A stretch of DNA of 64,000 nt from Candidatus Bathyarchaeia archaeon (GTDB taxonomy: Archaea; Thermoproteota; Bathyarchaeia; Bathyarchaeales; Bathycorpusculaceae): contig JBMFMB010000001.1 of assembly GCA_049970895.1 (NCBI GenBank), positions 32,001 to 96,000 on the forward strand, in the 5' to 3' direction. Positions within the stretch are counted from its first letter, which is position 1. Each line of letters opens with the position of its first letter. The notes beneath the pieces are model-generated. The model did no database searches, had not been told where the DNA came from, and saw only the letters and a program-made list of their open reading frames with translations. Of the stretch, positions 18,255-27,926 are shown piece after piece. The position numbers and the translations under genes were made by a program.

Positions 18255-20036
18255 TTATGCAGCCCAGAAGGGCACCTTCTTCCGCATTAGATTGACGTAC
18301 TCGTTTAGGGCTTCTTGTTCGTCTGGCGAAAGCTTATCCATAAAGTTTTTCAGCAAAGCCTTAGCATGCTGCTCTGGAACCTTCACGTAGAGGATATCCT
18401 TCTCGAAAATGTGCCTCCCAACCATGGGCTTGTCTAGGCTTATGGCCACTTGCATACCCTGCTTTGCCTCTGATAAAGCCTTGCCCTTCTCTTGAATTTG
18501 TTGTATTTCGCCAACATCCTCGCCATCCTCGGCCCTTACAAGACTTGTTTTGGGCTTTATTCTCCCAGCCAAAACCTCAACGCCAACTATGGCGGGCTTG
18601 GCTCTTCTGAAAACATAACCTTCTAAAATCTGGATTTTTCCAGGCTTTACCAGTTTTTCAAATTCAGCCTCAATCTTGGATTCTCTTTGAGTTTTAAGCC
18701 AAGAAAGATAGTTATCTATCAAATGGTAGATTATTTTATCCTTAAAAATTTGGACACCAGTGTTTTTTGCTTCTTCCTCGGCGTCTGGCAGGACTTTGAC
18801 GTTGAAGGCTAAAATAGCTCCATAGAAGGGCTCATGCTCTTTCACTATGGCGGCTTCTGTGACGTCCCGCTTTGAAACATCGCCAACATCAGCCAAACGT
18901 ATGGGCACACCATTCCGCTTTAGATGTTCGGCTATGGCCTCCAAAGAACCCAAAGTGTCAGCCTTCAAAACAACACCATCCACATCCGTTGCAATCCTAA
19001 TCTTCTCAATCTCCTCAGAAACAATCCTAACATACTTTTCAGGGTCTTCGCCATCCCCAACAGCGTATAAGGGTGCGCCAGCCAAGGCGCCCTCCAAGTC
19101 TGGCGCAACAATTTTCACTCCTGCGGCTGCGGAAACAGAATCCACAGAGGAAAACTTGTCCCGTGGGTCCCTAATCTCGTCCAATGGCTTCGGCACTAGA
19201 ATAGCCCTTACACGGGTTATTATGGACTTTTCCTTACCGCCAACAACGATTAAGTCGTCTTTTCGCAGCGTTCCATCATAAATTATAGTGTTAAGCGTTA
19301 AGCCAAGACCGGGTTCCTCTTTAACCTCCAAAACAGTGCCCTTAGCTGGTCCAGCAGTGGTTTGCAAACGCTTCTTAAGATACTGCTGAGTCAAGCCAAC
19401 AAGAACTGCCAGAAGCTCTGTTATGCCCTCGCCTGTTTTGGCGCTTGTGGGAACGATAGCCACTGTCCGTGTGAAGTCTTTTATGCGGTCGAAACGGTCA
19501 GCCTTAAAACCCAAACGAGAAAAGGTGCCAATAATCTCGTAGAGGCGGTTGTCCAAATCCTCCTGAACATACTTGTCCTGAAGCTGATAAGCCTTCAGAA
19601 AAGGCGTGTCCGGATAAGAGTTCCAGCCCGGAATGCGGTCAATCTTGTTGGCAGCCACAAGGAAAGGCGTCTTCCGAGCCTTCAAAATCTCAATACACTC
19701 ATAAGTTTGAGCCTCAAAACCGCGGAGCACATCAATAACTAGGATGGCTATGTCGGCTACGCTGCCACCCCGCTTCCGCAAATTAGTGAAAGCCTCATGC
19801 CCCGGAGTATCAATAACCAACAAACCAGGAATCTCAATCTCACCCTTAATAGTTGAAAGCAGAGGACCAATCATCTGCTTCAAGGTTTCAACTGGAAAGA
19901 AGCTTGCACCAATGTGCTGGGTTATGCCGCCAACCTCGCGGGCTTGAACACTGGTTTTGCGAATCTTATCCAAAAGAAGAGTCTTACCGGTATCCACATG
20001 CCCAAGAACACAAACGATGGGCTGACGAAGCGGCAT
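18255..20036 (-). CDS. infB: Translation initiation factor aIF5B/IF-2
   Basis: LRQPIVCVLGHVDTGKT, GGITQHIGAS, DTPGHEAF, NKID, DTLGSLEA. Confidence 0.97.
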   Translation of the reverse strand: MPLRQPIVCVLGHVDTGKTLLLDKIRKTSVQAREVGGITQHIGASFFPVETLKQMIGPLLSTIKGEIEIPGLLVIDTPGHEAFTNLRKRGGSVADIAILVIDVLRGFEAQTYECIEILKARKTPFLVAANKIDRIPGWNSYPDTPFLKAYQLQDKYVQEDLDNRLYEIIGTFSRLGFKADRFDRIKDFTRTVAIVPTSAKTGEGITELLAVLVGLTQQYLKKRLQTTAGPAKGTVLEVKEEPGLGLTLNTIIYDGTLRKDDLIVVGGKEKSIITRVRAILVPKPLDEIRDPRDKFSSVDSVSAAAGVKIVAPDLEGALAGAPLYAVGDGEDPEKYVRIVSEEIEKIRIATDVDGVVLKADTLGSLEAIAEHLKRNGVPIRLADVGDVSKRDVTEAAIVKEHEPFYGAILAFNVKVLPDAEEEAKNTGVQIFKDKIIYHLIDNYLSWLKTQRESKIEAEFEKLVKPGKIQILEGYVFRRAKPAIVGVEVLAGRIKPKTSLVRAEDGEDVGEIQQIQEKGKALSEAKQGMQVAISLDKPMVGRHIFEKDILYVKVPEQHAKALLKNFMDKLSPDEQEALNEYVNLMRKKVPFWAA

Positions 20037-20124
20037 GGCAAATCTTCCCTAACAGATGGCAGAACAACCACAGACCAAACTAATAAACTGTTCCCTAAAT
20101 AAATGCTGTTTTATAAGGCTAGGC

Positions 20125-20322
20125 TTATTCAGCCTTGGCGATTATTAGGAATATGCCAAGTGCCAGTAGGACTAAGCTTAGAAAACCGAAAAACCACGTG
20201 TAGACGCTCAGCACATTACTGCTTGTGAGGGTGAAATATGTGGCTAGGGCGCCGACGATTATTAGGATTATTCCGAAGAATTTTTCTGCTGCTGTTATTC
20301 CGATGCTGCCCTCTTCGCTCAT
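20125..20322 (-). CDS. Small two-TM membrane protein
   Basis: MSEEG... with two hydrophobic helices; likely start ATG 20322. Confidence 0.65.
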   Translation of the reverse strand: MSEEGSIGITAAEKFFGIILIIVGALATYFTLTSSNVLSVYTWFFGFLSLVLLALGIFLIIAKAE

Positions 20323-20409
20323 ACTTTTAGCCTCACGTGTTTGTGGCGTGTCTTTTAGCATAAAGCATTAAAAGGGTTATTTTAAATTTCCCCTTTTTCT
20401 TCGAGAGGG

Positions 20410-21507
20410 CTATTTTGTCTCTTCAAGTTTTGCTGGCAAATACTCGTCCACAATATAGGTTAAGCCGTATCTGCTGAAGGCTTCTTGCTCCGCTTTGCGT
20501 TTAATCTTCATGAAGGTTTTTATTTCCCTTTGCCACAACGGGTCCTCCTTATAACGTGGGTCTTTCTGGAGTTCGTAAAGCCTCTTCATATCAATCTCGT
20601 CCAATGGGTCTGTTGGCAACTTATACTTGACAATGTCCGTTGCCCAGACACCGCTCCATTTGGCGTCTGGCGTTGTCAAATCCCTTAGGTGAGCCGCATT
20701 GGCGGAGCCGGAAATTATGACCATTGCTATGTGCATTCCCCATGGATCTCCGTCTGTGAAGATGTAAACTGGCAATCCTAGTTCGCGGTTCAGCCTCCTA
20801 ATGAAGTGGCGGGTTGCCCTTGGCGCTTGTCCCGCTGTGAGCACTAATAGGGCGTTAAACTTTTTGTGCACATTCTCCTCGATGAAGCGTGTGAATAAGC
20901 CGCCTTTTTCGATGGCTATGACTTTGTCCGCCGATGTTTTAACGAACTCTGCCGAAGTAAGTGCTGGTCCAATCATGACACCGTCCGGGTGTGATGTCAA
21001 GTTTAGGGTTTTACCCTCATAGCCCGGCACTGTATAGCGTATTGTTAGGTCGCCGAAAACTGCTGAGCGCTCTTCTGGGAAAATGTTGAAGTCTTCCCTT
21101 GAAAAGCCTAGGACTGTTTCTAGGTCGGTTATTATGTTGTTGGATTCCTGCTGGTCTTTGAAGGTCATTTCGTAGGCTTGCGCCGAATAATAAACGTCCC
21201 TTAAGGTTGACGTTTTACGTTGGCTTGTCAGCTCATAGGAGAAGAGCGCCGTCCAAACAAGTTGGGCGAAGGGTTTTAGGTGGCGGATGTTGCGGGCACT
21301 CCGCCTTACACGTTTATCGCCCAAGATGAATTGTCTAAACTTTGGGTCGTAGTAGATGTTTTCTGTTGAGCGGCTCGGCATTTCAATGGATGGAAAATAT
21401 CCCCTATCAATTTGCTCGTAGATTTTTAGTCCAAAATTTTGGAGGCTTGCTAAAACCTCTTTTCTTCTTTCCATTATGCTGCTGCTTTTATACTCCTTCG
21501 GCTCCAA
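20410..21507 (-). CDS. top6A: DNA topoisomerase VI subunit A
   Basis: TLRDVYY (catalytic Tyr), IEKGG, GQAPRATR, TDGDPWG, KAEQEA. Confidence 0.96.
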   Translation of the reverse strand: MEPKEYKSSSIMERRKEVLASLQNFGLKIYEQIDRGYFPSIEMPSRSTENIYYDPKFRQFILGDKRVRRSARNIRHLKPFAQLVWTALFSYELTSQRKTSTLRDVYYSAQAYEMTFKDQQESNNIITDLETVLGFSREDFNIFPEERSAVFGDLTIRYTVPGYEGKTLNLTSHPDGVMIGPALTSAEFVKTSADKVIAIEKGGLFTRFIEENVHKKFNALLVLTAGQAPRATRHFIRRLNRELGLPVYIFTDGDPWGMHIAMVIISGSANAAHLRDLTTPDAKWSGVWATDIVKYKLPTDPLDEIDMKRLYELQKDPRYKEDPLWQREIKTFMKIKRKAEQEAFSRYGLTYIVDEYLPAKLEETK

Positions 21508-23026
21508 ACCTTCTCACACTCCTTAAAAGCTTCTCAATGTCTGGAGGCTTATCCCTACCAGCAAGTTTGGTGGAGAACTCGGCGATTCTTGGCAGGTATT
21601 TGCTGAAGATTCCAAGCCTTTTTCTTTCTCTGTCCACGTGCTCGCGTCTCGTTAGGAAGCGTTGGAGTTGGCGTGCCACCTCCCTTAAGCCGTTAGCTAT
21701 TTCCCGCCTAACCTCTGGTCTGTCGGCGATGAACTCTTTCCCAACAGTTTTGTAGGGAACTTTTGTGCTGCATACGTGGACAACTATGGCTATGGGCATG
21801 TCTGGCGTAACCTTATAGCGCCGCCAATTCATGTCGTTTATGACCTTGACTGAAACGTCGCTTGCCTCATCATAAAGCAGTGGAATCCTATTGGCGAAAC
21901 GGTATATTAGGAAACCGCCCTTCTGGGGAATTTCACCGCCATAAGCTATTGCAACCTCAACAATGAAAGGGTGACCAGCATAAGTGGCTGGCTTCCTCTG
22001 GTGGACAGCCACAAATTCTGGTTTGAGCTCCTTCAAAACACCAGTTCTCAATAGTTCCTCGCCTAAGGGTGAAAGGCAACTGGCGTCTGGTGGTAGAAAC
22101 TCTTTAAACTTTTTCAGCATATGCATAAGCCGGACAATTTCCTCGTGGGAAAGCTTCTTCGGGTTTTTTGATGGGCTTATGCCGCTGAACTCTAGGAATT
22201 TTCGGGCTGTTACTTCGCCGACGCGGTGGAAGTGGTTTTTCAGAAATTCCAGCATGTTGTTGTAGGGCGTAACCTGTATGAGGCGTTGGAGAAGCTCCAC
22301 ATCAACACCATATGGATGAGGCAAGGTCTCTTTTGGCGGGTCTGGCATGACGGTGGTTGCTCTAGTAAACTTGTAAAGCCTTCCTTTAGGGTCTACGAAG
22401 GTTAGGTTTGCGTAGGGATTAACCATGGCTGTCTGCTTAAAATATTCCAAGATTTTTGGCATAGCCCTCAAATAGTCGCCTTCAAGGCTGAACTCAACGA
22501 TGGTGCCTCGCCAGCCCTCCTTGTTTAATAACACTTTTCGGTCAAGGATTATTGGGCGGTTTCTTTGGATGTCAATCATAAGTCTATACATGTAGATATG
22601 GGACGTGCCGGTGCTGGAGATTATTGTGGCTGGCTGGTGGGTTGTAATTTGCCCATACAAGATAGCCATTTTACCGCCTAAGCCGAAGGTTCCCCTCTGC
22701 TGTTTCAGCTTATACTTTGAGCCGAAAAGAACTTGCCCAAAGGCTGATGGAATATGCCTCGGCGGAACACCGCAACCGTTGTCTTCAACCCTCAGCTTAT
22801 AAATTTGTGTTTCCTTGCTTGCCTCGCCTTCAAAGGAAAGCCTCACATAAATTTCCGGTGGGATTTTGAGGCTTTCAGCGGCGTCCAAGGAGTTTTCCAC
22901 AAGTTCTCGGATGGCTGCGAAAATGGCTCTTGTTGGGTTTGTGAATCCAGCTATGTCGCGGTTCCTATAGAAGAAGTCTGATGCGCTTATCTCTTCAAAT
23001 GTGACTTGCGCCACGCTAGCCTCCAC
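21488..23026 (-). CDS. top6B: DNA topoisomerase VI subunit B
   Basis: RELVENSLDA, DNGCG, GSKY...RGTFGLG GHKL motifs; RFANRIPLLY. Confidence 0.96.
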   Translation of the reverse strand: MEASVAQVTFEEISASDFFYRNRDIAGFTNPTRAIFAAIRELVENSLDAAESLKIPPEIYVRLSFEGEASKETQIYKLRVEDNGCGVPPRHIPSAFGQVLFGSKYKLKQQRGTFGLGGKMAILYGQITTHQPATIISSTGTSHIYMYRLMIDIQRNRPIILDRKVLLNKEGWRGTIVEFSLEGDYLRAMPKILEYFKQTAMVNPYANLTFVDPKGRLYKFTRATTVMPDPPKETLPHPYGVDVELLQRLIQVTPYNNMLEFLKNHFHRVGEVTARKFLEFSGISPSKNPKKLSHEEIVRLMHMLKKFKEFLPPDASCLSPLGEELLRTGVLKELKPEFVAVHQRKPATYAGHPFIVEVAIAYGGEIPQKGGFLIYRFANRIPLLYDEASDVSVKVINDMNWRRYKVTPDMPIAIVVHVCSTKVPYKTVGKEFIADRPEVRREIANGLREVARQLQRFLTRREHVDRERKRLGIFSKYLPRIAEFSTKLAGRDKPPDIEKLLRSVRRFGAEGV

Positions 23027-23113
23027 CAGTCACCTCATTTACAGTAGACCATCTTTAACGTATGTATGCACGGCATCCACATTAATTTAACTATACCTTT
23101 TTCGGCGAACTGT

Positions 23114-23536
23114 TCATTTCTTGAAAGGTTCTGGGAAAAGCTCCCTAAGCGTCTTTACCTTAACCGTTTCAAACAGCACTCTGGCTTTTTCAACTTTTGC
23201 CATGACAATTTTAATTTCGGGGCTTTCAGCAAAATCTGAGATACATTGGAGGCATGCACCACAAGGTTTTGTTTCGCCCTCTTTTTTGGCATCCGTCACG
23301 ATGGCTACTTCCCTAACTTTTTTGTTCCCGTGTAAAACGGCGTGGTTTATGGCGTTTCTCTCGGCGCAGATGCCAAGCCCCGAAACCCAACTTTCAACAT
23401 TGCAGCCACCATAAACCTTTCCATCCTCAGCCAGAACAGCTGCTCCAACACTGAAACCCCAGAGCACATGGGCATTCTCTAAAGCCTTAGCGGCTTCCTT
23501 TAAAAGCGCACGCTCCGTTTCGCCAATTTCAGCCAT
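23114..23536 (-). CDS. cdd: Cytidine deaminase (homotetrameric type)
   Basis: VGAA, GCNVE, CAER.AI, PCGAC zinc motifs. Confidence 0.85.
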   Translation of the reverse strand: MAEIGETERALLKEAAKALENAHVLWGFSVGAAVLAEDGKVYGGCNVESWVSGLGICAERNAINHAVLHGNKKVREVAIVTDAKKEGETKPCGACLQCISDFAESPEIKIVMAKVEKARVLFETVKVKTLRELFPEPFKK

Positions 23537-23538
23537 AT

Positions 23539-25374
23539 TTAATCCTCCTCTGTTATGGCTGTATGCCTCACATAATAGTATTCGCCAATCTCCTTCTGAT
23601 ACTTGTCCAGCTTTGAGCCCTCCTTGTTGACACGGGGTCTTTTTGTTACGGGGTCCCTTCTGAAGGTTACATTCATCTCTTTTAGGAAGGCGTTCATCCC
23701 ATCCCTCAGGCTTGTTGGCGGGTTGGCTATGCCCCTTATTCCGGGCTCGCCGGTAAAAACCATCAAACGGTCCGCGATAAAGTCTTGGGCTACAACATCG
23801 TGTTCAACAACGAAAGCTGTTGCGTTCCTCGCCTCTATCACTCGGCGTATGATTCTCGCCATGTTAAGCCTCTCCTCAACGTCCAAGTAGGCGCTAGGCT
23901 CGTCCAAGAGGTAAAGCTCAGCCTTCCTTGATAGGCACGCGGCTATGGCGACTTTTTGAAGTTCGCCTCCGCTTATTTCGGCTATGTTCCTCTCCAAAAG
24001 GGGTGTTATGCCTAGTGGCTGGAGGATTTCAGCCTTATACCAACCCGACATAAAGTCTTCTTTCGCTATGCTTGCTAGAAGTTCTTGCACTGTGCCCTCA
24101 TATTCCGCCGAAATATACTGGGGCTTGTAGCTCACGGTCAGCTCTTTAAACTCTCTCCCGTCGTCAGTTTTCTCCAAACCAGCCAAAATCCTGACGAAGG
24201 TTGTTTTTCCAATGCCGTTTGGTCCGAGAATCCCTATGATTTCGCCTTTTCTGATTTCGCCTGGCTGAGCGACAAGCTTGAAGCCCTCATAAGTTTTTTC
24301 AATCTTGTCCCATTTTAGAAGGGTTTCGCCAGCGCTGAAGCTTACGGTTGGCGGTTTTTCGTGGAATATTATGGCTTCTTTTCTGAAACGGATGTTTTCA
24401 TCTGGAATGTAGCCTTGAAGGTACATGTTTATGCCAGTTCTGACGCCGTGCACGTGGGAGACTATTCCGTAAACACCAGCCTCACCGTAGAAGATGCATA
24501 TCTGGTCTGATAGGTAGTCGATTATTGCTAGGTCGTGTTCTGCCACAACAACAATTTTCTCTTCCTTCTTCAGGCTTCTTATGGCTCTGGCAACTTCAAG
24601 CCTCTGTTTCACATCGAGATAGCTGGAAGGCTCATCGAAAAGGTAGACGTCGGCTTCCCGGCATATTGCAGCTGCTACGGCCACCCTCTGCAGTTCACCA
24701 CCGCTTAGGGCTTCAAGGGATCTATCCCAAATGTTCTTCAACTCAAGTTTTCTGGCGATGTCTTCAAGGACGCCCCGCTCATCCGCCTTTCTGAGGAGTT
24801 CGCCAACCCTTCCCGAAACGGCTCTTGCAATCTTGTCAACGTATTGGGGTTTATGTACAACTTTTAGTTTGCCCTCGCTCATCCGCTGGAAATAGTCTTG
24901 CAGCACTGAGCCCCTAAAATACCTTATCAAATCGTTCCAGCCTGGTGGATTCTCATAGTTTCCAAGGTTTGGCTTGACTTCTCCGGAAAGTATTTTCAGC
25001 GTTGTCGTCTTTCCTATACCATTTTTTCCAAGCAGTCCCAAAACAGTGCCAGGCGAGGGTGTTGGAAGCCTATAAAGCTTGAAGGTGTTTGGTCCAAATC
25101 TGTGGCTGCACTCTTTTTCCAGCTCTTCTGGAAGGTTCACTATTGATATGGCATTGAAGGGACACTTCTTCACGCATATTCCGCATCCGGAGCATAAAGC
25201 TTCAACAATTAGTGGCTTTGTGTCTTCGAAGCGTATTGCCTCAACGTGGCTTCTGACCATTGGGCAAAAGCGTTGGCACTGTTTTCCGCAACGTTTTGGC
25301 TTGCACTTGTCTGAATCAAGCACTGCTACGCGTGTCATCTTACCAGCAACTGCCAATCTATTGTTTCCGGCCAA
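23539..25374 (-). CDS. Ribosome recycling factor ABCE1 (RLI)
   Basis: N-terminal 2x[4Fe-4S] (CKPKRC...CSGCGICVKKCP), two ABC domains (G.NGIGKTT, SGGELQ), TFRRD...RPRVNK. Confidence 0.97.
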   Translation of the reverse strand: MAGNNRLAVAGKMTRVAVLDSDKCKPKRCGKQCQRFCPMVRSHVEAIRFEDTKPLIVEALCSGCGICVKKCPFNAISIVNLPEELEKECSHRFGPNTFKLYRLPTPSPGTVLGLLGKNGIGKTTTLKILSGEVKPNLGNYENPPGWNDLIRYFRGSVLQDYFQRMSEGKLKVVHKPQYVDKIARAVSGRVGELLRKADERGVLEDIARKLELKNIWDRSLEALSGGELQRVAVAAAICREADVYLFDEPSSYLDVKQRLEVARAIRSLKKEEKIVVVAEHDLAIIDYLSDQICIFYGEAGVYGIVSHVHGVRTGINMYLQGYIPDENIRFRKEAIIFHEKPPTVSFSAGETLLKWDKIEKTYEGFKLVAQPGEIRKGEIIGILGPNGIGKTTFVRILAGLEKTDDGREFKELTVSYKPQYISAEYEGTVQELLASIAKEDFMSGWYKAEILQPLGITPLLERNIAEISGGELQKVAIAACLSRKAELYLLDEPSAYLDVEERLNMARIIRRVIEARNATAFVVEHDVVAQDFIADRLMVFTGEPGIRGIANPPTSLRDGMNAFLKEMNVTFRRDPVTKRPRVNKEGSKLDKYQKEIGEYYYVRHTAITEED

Positions 25375-25424
25375 TAAATATGAGCCTTAAAATCAGATTA
25401 ACTGGTGCTAAAAACTTTTCGGGT

Positions 25425-25464
25425 TAAAAAGAAAACGAGGAAAACGGGAAGCCCTTTAAGGCTT
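25425..25464 (-). terminator. Hairpin plus U-tract after the microprotein gene
   Basis: Minus-strand transcript AAGCC-UUAAAG-GGCUU followed by CCCGUUUUCCUCGUUUUCUUUUU. Confidence 0.55.
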
Positions 25465-25536
25465 TCACCACTCCTCTTCTTCCCATTCCTCTTCTTCCCA
25501 GTCTTCCTCTTCCCATTCCTCTTCCTCTTCGAACAC
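25465..25536 (-). CDS. 23-aa acidic Trp-repeat microprotein MFEEEEEWEEEDWEEEEWEEEEW
   Basis: GTG start 4 nt after GGAGGTGAA (25541-25549). Synonymous GAA/GAG variation keeps the E4W period. BRE/TATA-like GAAAATGCTTAAAG upstream (25590-25603) and terminator downstream. Below the ORF-track length cutoff. Confidence 0.72.
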   Translation of the reverse strand: MFEEEEEWEEEDWEEEEWEEEEW

Positions 25537-25656
25537 CTTATTCACCTCCACTAACCAACAGTTTGGCATAGTGAGAGCATCACCAGATGCTTTAAGCATT
25601 TTCATTCGACTCTTGTCGAGAAACAGCCTTGATGACAAGCCACCATCTTAAAAGAT

Positions 25657-26652
25657 TTACTTCAGAAATTTTGCCGTTAGGGCAGCCTCAGGATCCTGCA
25701 TTCCAGGCTTGAGGTAAGCCCAACACAAATGTGTGGAGTTGTGGGCTGCTCCAATCTCGCCCCGAGTGTCCACGGCAATCAAGCCCATGGAATTGTAGGT
25801 TCCAACTATCCGCTCATTAACAAGCTTTATGGCGGCTTCAACAGCCTCCTGGGCGGTTTTGCCACTTTCCATGTAGTTGCAAACGGTTTTCGCCAAAACA
25901 AGCCTTATGGCAATCTCACCAACACCAGTGGCTGAACAAGCCCCACTCCTATTGTCGGCGTATGTGCCGCAACCAATAAGCGGCGAGTCGCCAATCCTAC
26001 CTGGAATCTTTAGTGGAAAGCCGCCGGTGGAGGTTGCAGCCGCAACATTCCCTTCAGAATCTAAGGCAACGGCGCCAACGGTTTCAAGGTTGAAAAGCTC
26101 TGGGTGGCTTTTAACCAGCTCTGCAAGTTTTGGCAGCTCAAACTTGCCATCCAGCAAGGCCTGCTTTGCCTGCTCATAATATTTTAGGCGGAGCTCTGTC
26201 AGCGGGTTTCGCCTTTCAAGGTTAAACAATCTTGCGAGTTTCTCTGCTCCCTCGCCGACGATGAAGACGTGGTCTGTCTTCTCCATAACTATCCGTGCAA
26301 GCCTAACAGGATTCCTAATATCCTTCAAAAGTCCGGCAGCCCCAGCCTTCAAGGTTTTTCCATCCATGACGGAGGCTTCCATCTCCACAGTTTTTTCAAT
26401 GGTTAGGCTTGAGCCATAACCGGCATTGAAAACGCCTTCATCCTCCATGACAGCGACAGCCTCAACAACAGCGTCGAGGGCGCTTCCACCCCTCACCATG
26501 ACATCAAAGCCAGTTTTAGCCGCCTTCTTAACACCCTCAAGCCCCGGGTTAACGCGTTCTGGATGCCAATTTCCAGCGCCGCCGTGAACAACAATTACTG
26601 GTTTCGGCGTTTTCCCTTCCTCCAACATTGGAATGATAGGTTTCACGTCCAT
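25657..26652 (-). CDS. Isoaspartyl peptidase / plant-type L-asparaginase (Ntn hydrolase)
   Basis: VHGGAG, FNAGYGS, E|TVGAVALD nucleophile Thr, ATSTGG, GRIGDSP, TGVGE. Confidence 0.93.
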   Translation of the reverse strand: MDVKPIIPMLEEGKTPKPVIVVHGGAGNWHPERVNPGLEGVKKAAKTGFDVMVRGGSALDAVVEAVAVMEDEGVFNAGYGSSLTIEKTVEMEASVMDGKTLKAGAAGLLKDIRNPVRLARIVMEKTDHVFIVGEGAEKLARLFNLERRNPLTELRLKYYEQAKQALLDGKFELPKLAELVKSHPELFNLETVGAVALDSEGNVAAATSTGGFPLKIPGRIGDSPLIGCGTYADNRSGACSATGVGEIAIRLVLAKTVCNYMESGKTAQEAVEAAIKLVNERIVGTYNSMGLIAVDTRGEIGAAHNSTHLCWAYLKPGMQDPEAALTAKFLK

Positions 26653-26695
26653 GAATTTAAGCCTAATCCCCGAAGAGGTCTAAATAAATTTGTGG

Positions 26696-27910
26696 TTATG
26701 GGCGAGCCCCAAGCGTTAATGGGATTGTGAGCTCTTGGTTATCCCTTATTATCGTCAAGCTTATTGTTTGCCCAGGCGCTGTATTTTCTTCAAGATAGGC
26801 TGAAAGTGCATCTAAGCCTGTTATTCTTGTTCTGTTTATGGCTATTATAATGTCGCCACCAACAGTCACGTATTCTCCTGCAATCAACACCCTTTTTGTC
26901 CCGCCTCTCAAACCAGCGTTGTCTGCTGGTCCTCCACTTACAACTTGGGTTATTAACCACCCATAAGTGACGTTAACGCCCATAACTTGCGCTATCTCAT
27001 ATGTTATATCCACGCCTGCAGCGCCAAGCCAAGGATGCTTATCATAGTACCCCACAGTTACAAGAGAAGCAATTTCCCGTAGAATCGTATTTGAGGGAAT
27101 TGCAAAGCCCAAGCCTTGAGAATTGCTCACGATGGCTGTTGTTATGCCCACCACTTGTCCTTGGAGGTTTAAGAGTGGACCTCCAGAATTTCCAGGGTTT
27201 AAAGGCGCAGTTGTTTGAATAACATTGGCTATTGGGTATTTACCGGTTTGCTCCTCGGTTATTGTTCTGCCCAGTGCACTTACTATGCCGATGCTCATTG
27301 ATCCCGCCAGCCCATATGGGTTGCCTACAGCCACAACGATGTCACCCACTTTCAACGTTGATGAGCTTACAACTTCAAGGGGTTTAAACTCATATTGAGG
27401 AGCATTAACTGAAAGCACAGCGAGGTCCGCGTAAGGGTCTGAACCGATGACTGTCGCTGCATACCCATTCCCATTAATAAACGTCACTGTCAAATTAATC
27501 ACGCTCTGGACCACATGATAGTTTGTAATAGTCACCATTTGCCCGGAAAAGTTGTAGATGAATCCTGAACCTTGCACTTGAGTATAGTGTGGACGGCCGA
27601 AAATGTCGTATTGCACAGTTACTCCGCGAACTACAACAACGGAGTCCTTAACCCTTTCATACAAATCTGAAAGCGAAACGTTTCCGCAGAGAATGTAAGT
27701 ATTGTTTACAATTTTCTGTGCAGTTTGGAGATTGGAAGTTTGCTGTCTAAGAATTGACAATTCATCTTCCAAATTTTTGATTTTTTCTGACATTGGTAAA
27801 CTGCCCAGCAAATAACCCGCTAAACCTCCTACAACAAGACTTACTATGACCATAACAACCAAGATGGTTGCTGAAAATCCTTTTACACCAGACTTTTGAG
27901 CATAATCCAC
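26696..27910 (-). CDS. htrA: Membrane-anchored HtrA/DegP serine protease with PDZ domain
   Basis: GSGF, TNYHVV, DLAVL, NPGNSGGPL catalytic triad and PDZ; real start GTG 27910 after GAGGAGGTGA. Confidence 0.93.
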   Translation of the reverse strand: MDYAQKSGVKGFSATILVVMVIVSLVVGGLAGYLLGSLPMSEKIKNLEDELSILRQQTSNLQTAQKIVNNTYILCGNVSLSDLYERVKDSVVVVRGVTVQYDIFGRPHYTQVQGSGFIYNFSGQMVTITNYHVVQSVINLTVTFINGNGYAATVIGSDPYADLAVLSVNAPQYEFKPLEVVSSSTLKVGDIVVAVGNPYGLAGSMSIGIVSALGRTITEEQTGKYPIANVIQTTAPLNPGNSGGPLLNLQGQVVGITTAIVSNSQGLGFAIPSNTILREIASLVTVGYYDKHPWLGAAGVDITYEIAQVMGVNVTYGWLITQVVSGGPADNAGLRGGTKRVLIAGEYVTVGGDIIIAINRTRITGLDALSAYLEENTAPGQTISLTIIRDNQELTIPLTLGARP

Positions 27911-27926
27911 CGTTATCACCTCCTCT

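Noticed and set aside
25468-25530. Purine/pyrimidine microsatellite interpretation of the CTTC-rich tract
   Set aside because: Variation is almost entirely synonymous in one frame, and the tract is bracketed by SD, start, stop and terminator, so a coding explanation fits better
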